IMG/VR virus record: IMGVR_UViG_3300042154_001807
Coordinates: 1 to 56,548 of that record
Length of the DNA: 56,548 bases
Direction: 5' to 3' (one strand)
Source of the DNA: a virus
Lineage: Duplodnaviria; Caudoviricetes
Below the pieces are notes generated by a model. That model was not told the origin of the DNA. It did not search any database and worked only from the letters and a program-made list of their open reading frames with translations. The position numbers were made by a program, and so were the translations under genes. Shown here piece after piece: positions 47,205-55,509 of this stretch (the first letter of the stretch is position 1; each line of letters starts with the position of its first letter).

Positions 47205-47286
47205 ACCACACTCGCGCTCATTGCATTGAGGGCATCCTTAAACTAGATACTGGGTGAGCGACCTGAACAGTGGGTGCGAGTGTGGT
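47205..47286 (+). ncRNA. Candidate structured RNA with a 19-bp closing stem
   Basis: ACCACACUCGCGCUCAUUG pairs fully with CAGUGGGUGCGAGUGUGGU using 3 G.U pairs; two internal hairpins. Confidence 0.55.
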
Positions 47287-47292
47287 AATAAA

Positions 47293-47365
47293 ACTATCAT
47301 AGCTCAGAGTAGAGCAGTGGGCTTATAACCCATTGGACAGTGAATTAACGACTCACTTGGTAGCT
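47293..47365 (+). tRNA. tRNA-Ile(TAT)-like gene with a non-canonical T loop
   Basis: D arm GCTC-AGAGTA-GAGC, anticodon arm GTGGG-CTTATAA-CCCAT, T stem AGTGA/TCACT without TTC; no encoded CCA. Confidence 0.6.
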
Positions 47366-47465
47366 GTAATAAAATCCACACGCCTTGCCGACGTAATCGG
47401 CTAACAATTTACAAAATTATGAACAAAGAAAAACAAGAAGATGCAATTGCGATTGCAACGGGATG

Positions 47466-47551
47466 GGAGAACGCCTCTGTGGAGGCACGCCAATAACGAC
47501 TATGAATACACCAACCAACTCCGAGGCGTTGCCTCCCACAAATTGTTCTCG
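47466..47551 (-). mobile_element. attC-like site G (86 bp)
   Basis: Minus strand: CGAGAAC-AATTT-GTG(G)GAGG-CA(A)CGCC...GGCGTG-CCTCCAC-AGAGGC-GTTCTCC. Confidence 0.85.
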
Positions 47552-47789
47552 GCGTTGCTCGCCGCAGCTATCTAGTTCCGAAACTACGGCATACCGCGCG
47601 GTGGTCGTTGATGCCGATCAAGACGTAATCTGGACGCGAGACGCTCAAAACAACGTCATCGGCTACACGATTACTAACCCAAAGCCCGTCGCGGGTATGA
47701 GGCACATTCTGGACGATGGGAGTCTCTCTGCGCTAGATGTCCAAATTCATTGCGAGAACAGCCAAGATCAATCAGCACGCAGTGACTGA
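47502..47789 (+). CDS. Hypothetical cassette protein
   Basis: Start MNTPTNSEALPPTNCS lies in the loop of site G; the stop lies inside site H. Confidence 0.6.
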   Translation: MNTPTNSEALPPTNCSRRCSPQLSSSETTAYRAVVVDADQDVIWTRDAQNNVIGYTITNPKPVAGMRHILDDGSLSALDVQIHCENSQDQSARSD

Positions 47790-47808
47790 TTGCATCGACA
47801 TGTTCGAT
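47753..47808 (-). mobile_element. attC-like site H (56 bp)
   Basis: Minus strand: ATCGAAC-ATGTC-GAT(G)CAAT-CAG(T)CAC-TGC-GTGCTG-ATTGATC-TTGGCT-GTTCTCG. Confidence 0.85.
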
Positions 47809-47818
47809 AAAAATTATT

Positions 47819-49270
47819 ATGAAACCAAGACCATACCAACAGGAAGGCATCGACCATATACGACGAGCATATGGAAAGAAAATCCGCAAAGTCTTATACG
47901 TCCTCCCGACTGGAGGAGGCAAGACCGTCACGTTCTCATGCATCGCTGCTGGTGCAGCTGTGAAAGGAACTCGGACATGGATCGTTGCGCACCGTCGCGA
48001 ACTAGTGAACCAAGCGAGTAAGACTCTAACATCTTTCGGGATTAATCACGGGATCATGGTCCCTAAGTCAAAGCAGTGGACAGAATCACCAGTGCAGGTC
48101 TGTTCTCTCCAAACCCTTGTCGGTCGCATGTCGAAGGAGCAAGCTCCAAACTTTATCGTCTACGACGAAGCCCATCACGCTACGTCTGGAAGCTATGACA
48201 AGATCATGAAGCATTTCCCCGACGCTAAAATTCTAGGGGTAACAGCGACACCGTGCCGAACTGATGGCAAAGGTCTCGGTGATGTTTTTGAAGAACTGAT
48301 CATCGGTCCTTCTACTGGAGATCTAACAAATGATGGATACCTTTCTTCGGCTAGGTATTTCTGTAGCCCACGAATTGCCGATTTGTCTGGCATAGCGAAG
48401 CGTGGCGGAGACTACGAACGAGAAGCGCTTGCCGAAGCGATGGATCAGAAGCTCATCACTGGTGACGCTATCGAGCATTACAAGCGTCACTGCGACGGTG
48501 TTCCGATGATTGTGTTCTGCGTGTCTGTAGAGCATGCCAAGCACGTCGCTTCCGAGTATATCATTGCAGGATACCGAGCCACCTACGTCGACGGTCAACT
48601 ATCGGACGAAGAGCGTGCGTATCGACTCACGGGTCTCGGTGACGGAACCTTCCAAGTCGTCACCTCCTGCGACTTAATTGGTGAAGGGTTAGACATCCCC
48701 AACGTGGTCGCAGCACAACTCCTAAGACCGACGGAGTCGACAGGTTTGCACATGCAACAGATAGGAAGACCACTCAGACCAGTCTACGCAGCAGGCATGC
48801 CTCTGGACTCGGCGGAAGACAGGCTGGCAGCGATCGCGAACGGGGTGAAACCATACTCTGTGATTCTCGACCACGTAGGCAACTGCGGGTCAGTGGTCAA
48901 TGGTCAGTGGATGACCAAGCACGGGTTCGCGACAAGCCCGAGGGAGTGGTCTCTGGACGGCAAGAAAAAGAAGCCAAAGCTCGAGCCAGACGTTCTTATC
49001 AAGTCGTGCCCAGACTGCTTCAGTGTCCATGCCCCAGCCACCTGCTGTCCGTTCTGTGGGCACGTCTACCAAGTCGTCAAGTCACGCACCGTTGAAATAT
49101 CCAAGGGTGAATTGATAGAAGTCAAGGCACAGGAAGCACTGGCAAAAAAACAGGAAGAAAAAAAAGTTTTTACTCTGAAAGATCTCACAGAACTCGGTCG
49201 TAGCAGGGGATATAAAAATCCAGAGTTCTGGGCTAGAATGAAAATCAAAGGAAGAAAAAATATACGATGA
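47819..49270 (+). CDS. SF2 DEAD/DEAH-type helicase with a C-terminal zinc ribbon
   Basis: PTGGGKT, DEAHH, TATP.R.DG, EGLD.P, QQIGR.LR, CPDC/CPFCG. Confidence 0.92.
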   Translation: MKPRPYQQEGIDHIRRAYGKKIRKVLYVLPTGGGKTVTFSCIAAGAAVKGTRTWIVAHRRELVNQASKTLTSFGINHGIMVPKSKQWTESPVQVCSLQTLVGRMSKEQAPNFIVYDEAHHATSGSYDKIMKHFPDAKILGVTATPCRTDGKGLGDVFEELIIGPSTGDLTNDGYLSSARYFCSPRIADLSGIAKRGGDYEREALAEAMDQKLITGDAIEHYKRHCDGVPMIVFCVSVEHAKHVASEYIIAGYRATYVDGQLSDEERAYRLTGLGDGTFQVVTSCDLIGEGLDIPNVVAAQLLRPTESTGLHMQQIGRPLRPVYAAGMPLDSAEDRLAAIANGVKPYSVILDHVGNCGSVVNGQWMTKHGFATSPREWSLDGKKKKPKLEPDVLIKSCPDCFSVHAPATCCPFCGHVYQVVKSRTVEISKGELIEVKAQEALAKKQEEKKVFTLKDLTELGRSRGYKNPEFWARMKIKGRKNIR

Positions 49271-49653
49271 CACCATACATATCGACACATTGCAACAAGG
49301 GTAACCTCATAATCACAGACGACGAAGTTGTCTCACTGTGGACACCTTCGCCAGCTGAGCTTCAATGCTTAATAGCTGGAGGAAGCTTGGGAGTTAAAAT
49401 ATCAAAGGCAGAACAAGAGGTGTTTACTCTGATGCCAGACGATCAATCATACTATACTCAGGCTAAGTCGCCAGAGCATGCGATGGAGCTTCTGCCAATC
49501 TCAATGAGGCATTCATCCGATCTCACTAACATAATTAAAAAAGCGTTAGTTTTTCTAGCAGAGAAATTACCAAACGAAGAAAGAACCACTCTCATTTTAA
49601 ATGAGTTCTTGGATCTAACAGCTCAACCAAACATCATAACCACACATGAATAA
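49267..49653 (+). CDS. Hypothetical protein
   Basis: 128 aa, coupled. Confidence 0.55.
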   Translation: MTPYISTHCNKGNLIITDDEVVSLWTPSPAELQCLIAGGSLGVKISKAEQEVFTLMPDDQSYYTQAKSPEHAMELLPISMRHSSDLTNIIKKALVFLAEKLPNEERTTLILNEFLDLTAQPNIITTHE

Positions 49654-49936
49654 AATCGAATACACAATCAAGTTCTACCGCAACTCTCTCGCCGAGGGAA
49701 TGGTTCCGAGAGAAGCCGTAATGCTATGCGCTGTCGCGCAGTTAACATCAACAGTCAAAGAATGCACCAGTCATGAGGTGACTGAGATTACTGGCGACTC
49801 ACATCCATCGGTGACCTTGAGACGGATGACTTGGTGGCTGAATATCAGAGAGACGAAGAATGCGAAAAACAAAAAAGTATTCTACTACTCGCTCAAGGAA
49901 GACGGTGTGAAAAAACTTCGCAAGCTGATATTATGA
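49646..49936 (+). CDS. Putative winged-HTH protein
   Basis: 'TSHEVTEITG...SVTLRRM...YYSLKEDG'. Confidence 0.5.
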   Translation: MNKIEYTIKFYRNSLAEGMVPREAVMLCAVAQLTSTVKECTSHEVTEITGDSHPSVTLRRMTWWLNIRETKNAKNKKVFYYSLKEDGVKKLRKLIL

Positions 49937-50298
49937 GCCTAACAGAAAAAAATATACAGAACGAGATCCGACTGCACCTCAGTAAAGCAGGAGCTTTGTC
50001 ACTTCGGTATCAGGTCGGTCTGTTTTACTCTCCTGCTGGAGACCCAGTGAAGATAGGGGAGGTAGGAGCCAGCGACCTCATCTGCTGCGTGCCAATACTC
50101 ATTACTCAGGAAATGGTCGGGAAGACATTAGGAGTATTTGCAGCAATTGAGACGAAAAAGATAAACGACAAAACTGCAAAAGGCAGGAAAGAGTCGCAGG
50201 ATAAATTCATCAACCGAGTCCAAGCCCTCGGAGGAATTGCTGGGATAGCACGAAGCACTGAAGACGTAGAAAAATTAATATCAGAAAAGAAAAAATAA
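49933..50298 (+). CDS. VRR-NUC-like nuclease
   Basis: 'EKNIQNEI', 'GASDLI', 'AIETK', 'Q.KF...V...GG.AGIARS.ED'. Confidence 0.85.
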   Translation: MSLTEKNIQNEIRLHLSKAGALSLRYQVGLFYSPAGDPVKIGEVGASDLICCVPILITQEMVGKTLGVFAAIETKKINDKTAKGRKESQDKFINRVQALGGIAGIARSTEDVEKLISEKKK

Positions 50299-50302
50299 CC
50301 AA

Positions 50303-52444
50303 ATGATACCAGAACAAGAAATTGAAAGAATCAGAGATCAATACGACATCGTGTCGGTTATAAAAAGATTCATTGAGCTAGATAAAAACAACACCGCTTG
50401 CTGCCCGTTTCACACAGAGAAGTCAGGATCGTTCAAGGTGAATGCCGAGCGCAAAACTTACAAGTGCTTTGGATGCGGTGACGGTGGAGATATTTTTGCG
50501 TTCGTCCAAAAATTAAAGATGGTGAATTTCAAGGAAGCTGCCGAAATTATCACTGGACACGTCATCGCCGACACATCTAACGGATTAAAAAATGGGCGGA
50601 TTATTCTTCTCAACGACTCTCATGCAGACAGTAACGGGACAGCTCCACCAGTGAAAAAGCCTGCTCAAAAAACAAAGACTGCTGCCACTAACAAATTCGC
50701 GGCATTGTGGGAATCAAGGGTGGACAATCTAACAGAAGAGCAGGTGGACGCAGTCGCTGCCGACAGAGGTGTCGACTCGAGAGTGTTCCACTGGTTAAAA
50801 TCTAAAAAGCTTATCGGCATCTTCAACGGTAACTACGCATTCCCAGTCTTTGACGACGGGGTCGTCGTGCGGTGCCACTACAAGGACAAGGCTAAGGGTA
50901 ATTGGTTCTATGACCCGCAGGCAGCGGAGGGAACGTCAGCGCTGGTGATCGGAGATCCGAAAGCAGCGAACACAACATTCATTCTAGAATCTCAGTGGGA
51001 TGCGTTCGCTGTCATGGCATCGCTGCGGCACTGGGAGCAAGAAAACTACTATGCCTACATTATCACGCGCGGAGCCTCTTCAAACACTGACGTGTCGGCG
51101 TTGATCGGGAAAACATCTAGGATCATCGCAATCTCTCAGAACGATCCAGAAACGAAAAAAGACAAGGAGGGAAAAACCCCCGCACAGAAATGGTTAGAGC
51201 GAGTTAAAGCATCGATACCACAGGAGTGTTCGTTCTCATACTCGCACGCTCCTGAAAAGTTCGAAGACCCGAACGACTGGATCGCGAAAGAGCAACCTAC
51301 CTTTGAGGATGTCACCAAACAGTTCGTCGAGAAAGCAACGTCTCCAGATGTCCTTCCATTCTTCCGTATTCCTGACCTAACAAATTTCCCCCTTAAGGAC
51401 GATCCAGACGCGATGATTGGAATCAAAAAACGCTACCTGTGCAGAGGTGGTTCGATGGTCATCATCGGTCCTTCTGGTGCTGGCAAATCAACCCTGATGA
51501 CTGGCATGGCAATGGCATGGGCTATGGGCAGATCATGGAACGGAATTGATTGCAGACGACCGCTGAGACAGATCATTATCCAAGCGGAGAACGACAAAGG
51601 AGACATCGCAGAGATGGCTGCTGGATCAGTGTTTGCGATCAATCGAAAAGGGAAGCTTCAGGAGGAAGAATACAAGTCGCTGGTATCTAACGTAATTTTC
51701 GTCCCTGTGTCTGGAGTGACTTCCGCAGACTTCGTCAAGGTCGTCGAGCGCCAGCTTTTATTCCACCGTGCTGATGTCGTATGGATCGACCCAGTATTAA
51801 GTTATATCGGCGGAGACATATCAAAGCAGGAAGTCAGCAGTAACTTTTTTAGAGTCCTGTTAGACCCGATGCTGAAGCGCACTGGAGCGATCGCAATCCT
51901 GATGCACCACACTGGGAAGCCAGAGAAAACAGATGGCAAACCAAAAGCAGAGCGATCGGTAAAAGAATTTGCCTACAGTGGTCTTGGAAGCTCTGACATG
52001 GTGAACTGGGTGCGGTCGGTAGCTGTCCTCATGCCGACGGCAGAGAAGGGGAAATACAAGTTTATGTTGTGCAAGCGTGAGTCGCGTGCTGGAGCTATAG
52101 ACTTCGATGGATCTCCTGACGTTGACACACTATATCTGCGGCAGGGAGGCAAGAACGAAGGTCTGTCATGGACTCTGTGCCCAGCGCCACAGGAAGAAGT
52201 CGAGCCACTTAAAAAAGGAGAGAGAGAGACCCTTAACTTTTTTGACTGCACCTTTCCCACCATGTTCGAAGAGTTGATAAATCAACTGATCAAGGTTCGC
52301 AAAATCACAGCTCCAAAGGCGAGGATGCTGCTGAAAAAAGCAATCGACTTCGATGTCATTCACTGTCCTCAGAGGAACGGGATGTGGGAGATAAAGGGAC
52401 CACCAACACCAGCATATTCAAACGATGAAAGACCAGCGTTTTAA
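50303..52444 (+). CDS. Primase-helicase (CHC2 zinc finger, Toprim-like domain, AAA_25/RepA-like helicase)
   Basis: CPFH.EKSGSF...CFGC; 'ESQWDA'; GPSGAGKST; 'VWIDP'; 'HHTGK'. Confidence 0.85.
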   Translation: MIPEQEIERIRDQYDIVSVIKRFIELDKNNTACCPFHTEKSGSFKVNAERKTYKCFGCGDGGDIFAFVQKLKMVNFKEAAEIITGHVIADTSNGLKNGRIILLNDSHADSNGTAPPVKKPAQKTKTAATNKFAALWESRVDNLTEEQVDAVAADRGVDSRVFHWLKSKKLIGIFNGNYAFPVFDDGVVVRCHYKDKAKGNWFYDPQAAEGTSALVIGDPKAANTTFILESQWDAFAVMASLRHWEQENYYAYIITRGASSNTDVSALIGKTSRIIAISQNDPETKKDKEGKTPAQKWLERVKASIPQECSFSYSHAPEKFEDPNDWIAKEQPTFEDVTKQFVEKATSPDVLPFFRIPDLTNFPLKDDPDAMIGIKKRYLCRGGSMVIIGPSGAGKSTLMTGMAMAWAMGRSWNGIDCRRPLRQIIIQAENDKGDIAEMAAGSVFAINRKGKLQEEEYKSLVSNVIFVPVSGVTSADFVKVVERQLLFHRADVVWIDPVLSYIGGDISKQEVSSNFFRVLLDPMLKRTGAIAILMHHTGKPEKTDGKPKAERSVKEFAYSGLGSSDMVNWVRSVAVLMPTAEKGKYKFMLCKRESRAGAIDFDGSPDVDTLYLRQGGKNEGLSWTLCPAPQEEVEPLKKGERETLNFFDCTFPTMFEELINQLIKVRKITAPKARMLLKKAIDFDVIHCPQRNGMWEIKGPPTPAYSNDERPAF

Positions 52445-52602
52445 AAAGAAGGCGAAACAAAAAATCGCCAGACAAATGAAGTATCACCACTTTTCGATCA
52501 TCAGATTGTGGCGAGCCGTCAACCGTGGCTGGATGCTACGGGTAGAATTTCCTAGCCTAGTGGCTAACGAATACCAAGACTAACAAAAATACAAATACAC
52601 AT

Positions 52603-52899
52603 ATGAGAATACCAGACATTGGATACGCAGTTGAAGCATTGAAACAAGGGAAGCGAGTTCGTCGAGCTGGCTGGAATGGTAAGGAGATGTTCCTCTTCCT
52701 GCTCCCCGCTTGCGATAGCATCCCCACGAAAGTGATACACGACCCCGCGCTTCGTGCGGTGATTGAGTCAGAAGTAGGAGGTGAAACTTTCGATGCCTTG
52801 GGAAGCATTCGAATGTTCACGGCAGACAAGAAAATCCTCACGGGTTGGCTTGCATCGCAAACCGATCTTCTGGCTGAAGATTGGGAAGTCATCGAGTAA
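52603..52899 (+). CDS. DUF2829 protein (Tad2-like anti-Thoeris sponge family)
   Basis: 'AVEALKQGKRVRRAGWNGK.MF...GWLASQTDLLAEDW'. Confidence 0.8.
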   Translation: MRIPDIGYAVEALKQGKRVRRAGWNGKEMFLFLLPACDSIPTKVIHDPALRAVIESEVGGETFDALGSIRMFTADKKILTGWLASQTDLLAEDWEVIE

Positions 52900-52944
52900 C
52901 AACCCATCCACCCTGCCCCCACGGGGTGGCACACCAACAATCGA

Positions 52945-53142
52945 ATGAACCAACACCTCAAGAAAATAATCACCAAGATACGTCGTCAGCGAAGAGACGG
53001 AAGGTCTAACAAGAAAAGCATTCAAAAAGGACACGTCCACAAATGGAATCTCGGATGCACAATCATTAGCGGGAAAAGAATCCCCATGAGGTATCATTGG
53101 TGCTATTGCGGAGACCATCGAACAACCGAAATAAACTCATGA
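52945..53142 (+). CDS. Small basic protein
   Basis: 65-aa ORF. Confidence 0.4.
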   Translation: MNQHLKKIITKIRRQRRDGRSNKKSIQKGHVHKWNLGCTIISGKRIPMRYHWCYCGDHRTTEINS

Positions 53143-53345
53143 CTGGTCTCGAAGAAATGACAGACAAAAACAGAGAAGAGAAAATAGCAAGGCTGCGAGT
53201 TCTCTGGAAGTATGCCCCTAAAGAGGAACGGCATGCGATCAACGTCACAGGAATGGCTATGGTCGACGGCAGGGATCCACAGACGGTCTCACGAAGAGCA
53301 GCGGCACATGAGCGACGGTTCAGTAAAAATCGTTACGACGTATAG
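53139..53345 (+). CDS. Hypothetical protein
   Basis: ATGA-coupled start MTGLEEM; converges on the lysis module. Confidence 0.45.
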   Translation: MTGLEEMTDKNREEKIARLRVLWKYAPKEERHAINVTGMAMVDGRDPQTVSRRAAAHERRFSKNRYDV

Positions 53346-53962
53346 CGGTGCGGGGCAATAATATTCCCCTTCCGTCTCTCGGTTTCTTCGATGAGACAAT
53401 ATTCAAAAGTGCGAACTTTTTCGCCCCAGTCGTTTTTGCCGAATGGGTTAAGCGAGGCTGCGAGCCATGAAACAAACATAGACTGCAGTGGCACGAACAT
53501 TGTAGTCGGAGCTGTCTGGCATCCCTCGGAAGAAGTGCTGGCACCTTTAGCGTCGTGAATATCGATCGCGTGCTGACCCCAGTGGTCGTAAGTGCCTCCG
53601 CCAACCTTGTCTCTCTTGACTAATACGTCAGCGCATTGGCGGAACGCTGGTCTTCCTTTGTGTTTTCCTGCACCGTATAGCCAAACTCCCGTAGCGAGGC
53701 TTGCGCGACCCTTATTGGAGCCTGTGCCAGACCCAGCACGATACCCAGTTGGGTCGGTGTTAGCTTGGTAAGTCACTACACCGTGTTGAGGTGAGTAGAG
53801 ACACCACGCATCGTCCCATTTGTTGCGATCATTTTTACCCTCGACTCCAATACTATCAAGATAGTAGCCGCGAATCGCGAGCCAACAACATTTTGTTATG
53901 TCGCAACCGTTAGCAAGGAGAATCGACTTTACTTCGTCGTGGGTAATGCGTGGGGTGGACAT
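53333..53962 (-). CDS. Putative endolysin with an L,D-transpeptidase(YkuD)-like catalytic motif
   Basis: 'IDIH......SSEGCQ' His/Ser-x-Gly-Cys; lies beside lipoprotein and holin-like genes. Confidence 0.55.
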   Translation of the reverse strand: MSTPRITHDEVKSILLANGCDITKCCWLAIRGYYLDSIGVEGKNDRNKWDDAWCLYSPQHGVVTYQANTDPTGYRAGSGTGSNKGRASLATGVWLYGAGKHKGRPAFRQCADVLVKRDKVGGGTYDHWGQHAIDIHDAKGASTSSEGCQTAPTTMFVPLQSMFVSWLAASLNPFGKNDWGEKVRTFEYCLIEETERRKGNIIAPHRYTS

Positions 53963-53964
53963 AA

Positions 53965-54093
53965 TTATTTTGCGTCAAGGATTGCGACTACGACTTCTGG
54001 ATCGGCACCATAAGTGCGCGAACCGTCTGGGTTAACCGTTAATGTGCAGCTTGAGTAAGCAAGTGCTAAAATGATTGTAATTAGTAGTTTCAT
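53965..54093 (-). CDS. 42-aa lipoprotein (possibly spanin-like)
   Basis: Manual translation MKLLITIILALAYSSC..., signal peptide ending in Cys. Confidence 0.55.
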   Translation of the reverse strand: MKLLITIILALAYSSCTLTVNPDGSRTYGADPEVVVAILDAK

Positions 54094-54530
54094 TTGTATA
54101 TGATTTTCACGTTTGATTTCTTACCATAAAATTTCCAGCCGAAGGCACACACTCCAGCGTAAATGATTCGTGCGTCCCAAGGTGCGCGGGGCGCAATTAA
54201 ATCGCGTATCCAACAATCAATCTCTTTACGAGTGAACGGCGTATTGGGGCAGCCACCTAGCTGATAACCAAGATCATGCACCAAGCCGCCGATCATGTTC
54301 GCGGGAGTATCGTTGTAGCACGTTAAGCCATCCCATTCATAGCCTTCAAAGATAGTCAGTCTGCCGTCGCGGAAGGATGCGATATGGTATAGCCCATCAT
54401 TCGTCCAAACATCAAACGGCTCGATTATGCGTCCAACCAGATAGGTTTTGTCTGACTCAAGGCGATAAGCCCAGTCGTCGGATAGTCTGCCGTCGTCGGA
54501 GTAAACTAATTTATTAGTGCTGGTAATCAT
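54090..54530 (-). CDS. DUF1353-like protein
   Basis: 'GYEWDG', 'VHD.GYQ', 'R.E.D', 'YAGV..FG'. Confidence 0.65.
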   Translation of the reverse strand: MITSTNKLVYSDDGRLSDDWAYRLESDKTYLVGRIIEPFDVWTNDGLYHIASFRDGRLTIFEGYEWDGLTCYNDTPANMIGGLVHDLGYQLGGCPNTPFTRKEIDCWIRDLIAPRAPWDARIIYAGVCAFGWKFYGKKSNVKIIYK

Positions 54531-54623
54531 CGTCGTCAAAAAAGTTTGAGCAAACCATACAAACCATGACAACAACAAAAATTGCAGTTGCAATAATTTT
54601 TACATACAGATGTGAGTCACTCA

Positions 54624-55001
54624 TTAGTCAGTTGCACATTTATGCTTATCCAGTGCTTTGGAAGTTTTAGCTAAGATCATATTATTCTGCGCTACGACAC
54701 TTTTGGTTGACTCAAGTGCCTCAGTCATAATCCGCATCGACTCAATGCGAGACACAAGATGCGCCTCGTCTTTCACCTCTTGGGTTTTGCGAATCTCCTC
54801 AGTCTTAATGTCCTGCTTGGCGTTTCTTTGTGCCATGTAGTAAATACCGATGCACATGCTAACAAATGCACCTAGCGGACCAGTAAGTTTATCGAACCAG
54901 TCAGCGGGTGGCATTGCTTGAGCTAGTGTCATAGATATTTTCCCAGATAGTATCATCAAGGAAATAACGCAGATGTCGGTAAATGATTGGTGTGGTGTCA
55001 T
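54624..55001 (-). CDS. Putative holin-like membrane protein
   Basis: Two hydrophobic segments followed by a coiled coil. Confidence 0.4.
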   Translation of the reverse strand: MTPHQSFTDICVISLMILSGKISMTLAQAMPPADWFDKLTGPLGAFVSMCIGIYYMAQRNAKQDIKTEEIRKTQEVKDEAHLVSRIESMRIMTEALESTKSVVAQNNMILAKTSKALDKHKCATD

Positions 55002-55008
55002 AGAAGTA

Positions 55009-55509
55009 TCAGATAAAGATGCTATCGAACTGCTCTCCAGTGATACCGAGTGCGGTGAGAATCATTGCTCGACCATCAACCAAGAATGGATACTCTGGAT
55101 GGATTGTCGGTGACGCTTCCCAACGTAGTTTTTCCTCAAGCGGTAACTTACCAAGTAGGGCGTTGAACTCAGTAGCTACTCCGAGATCAATGAGCTTATC
55201 CACAAGTTCACGCTTGGTTATTGCGCGTGGCTTCGGTGTTTTAGAAGCAAGAAACTTTAAGTGCATAGCACGTTTCTCTGGTGACATTGCAGCAAGTCGC
55301 TTGGCTTCTTGTTCAACACGATGTGCCGCAATCTCACGATCAATGAATTGACGCTGTGTAAGCAATTCACCTCCCACAATGAAGTGAGGAATTTTCTGGT
55401 TAGCATTAACAACTGCGGATTGCTCGTCAGTTATTGATGTTGTTTTGTCTGTTGGCGCATCAAGGATGCGTAAGACTCTACCTTTGCTATCTGTGTGTGC
55501 ATATTTCAT
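55009..55509 (-). CDS. Hypothetical protein, possible fibre chaperone
   Basis: Directly after the LRR gene; 'ITKRE...W......HP......ALG.T.EQ.D.IF'. Confidence 0.5.
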   Translation of the reverse strand: MKYAHTDSKGRVLRILDAPTDKTTSITDEQSAVVNANQKIPHFIVGGELLTQRQFIDREIAAHRVEQEAKRLAAMSPEKRAMHLKFLASKTPKPRAITKRELVDKLIDLGVATEFNALLGKLPLEEKLRWEASPTIHPEYPFLVDGRAMILTALGITGEQFDSIFI

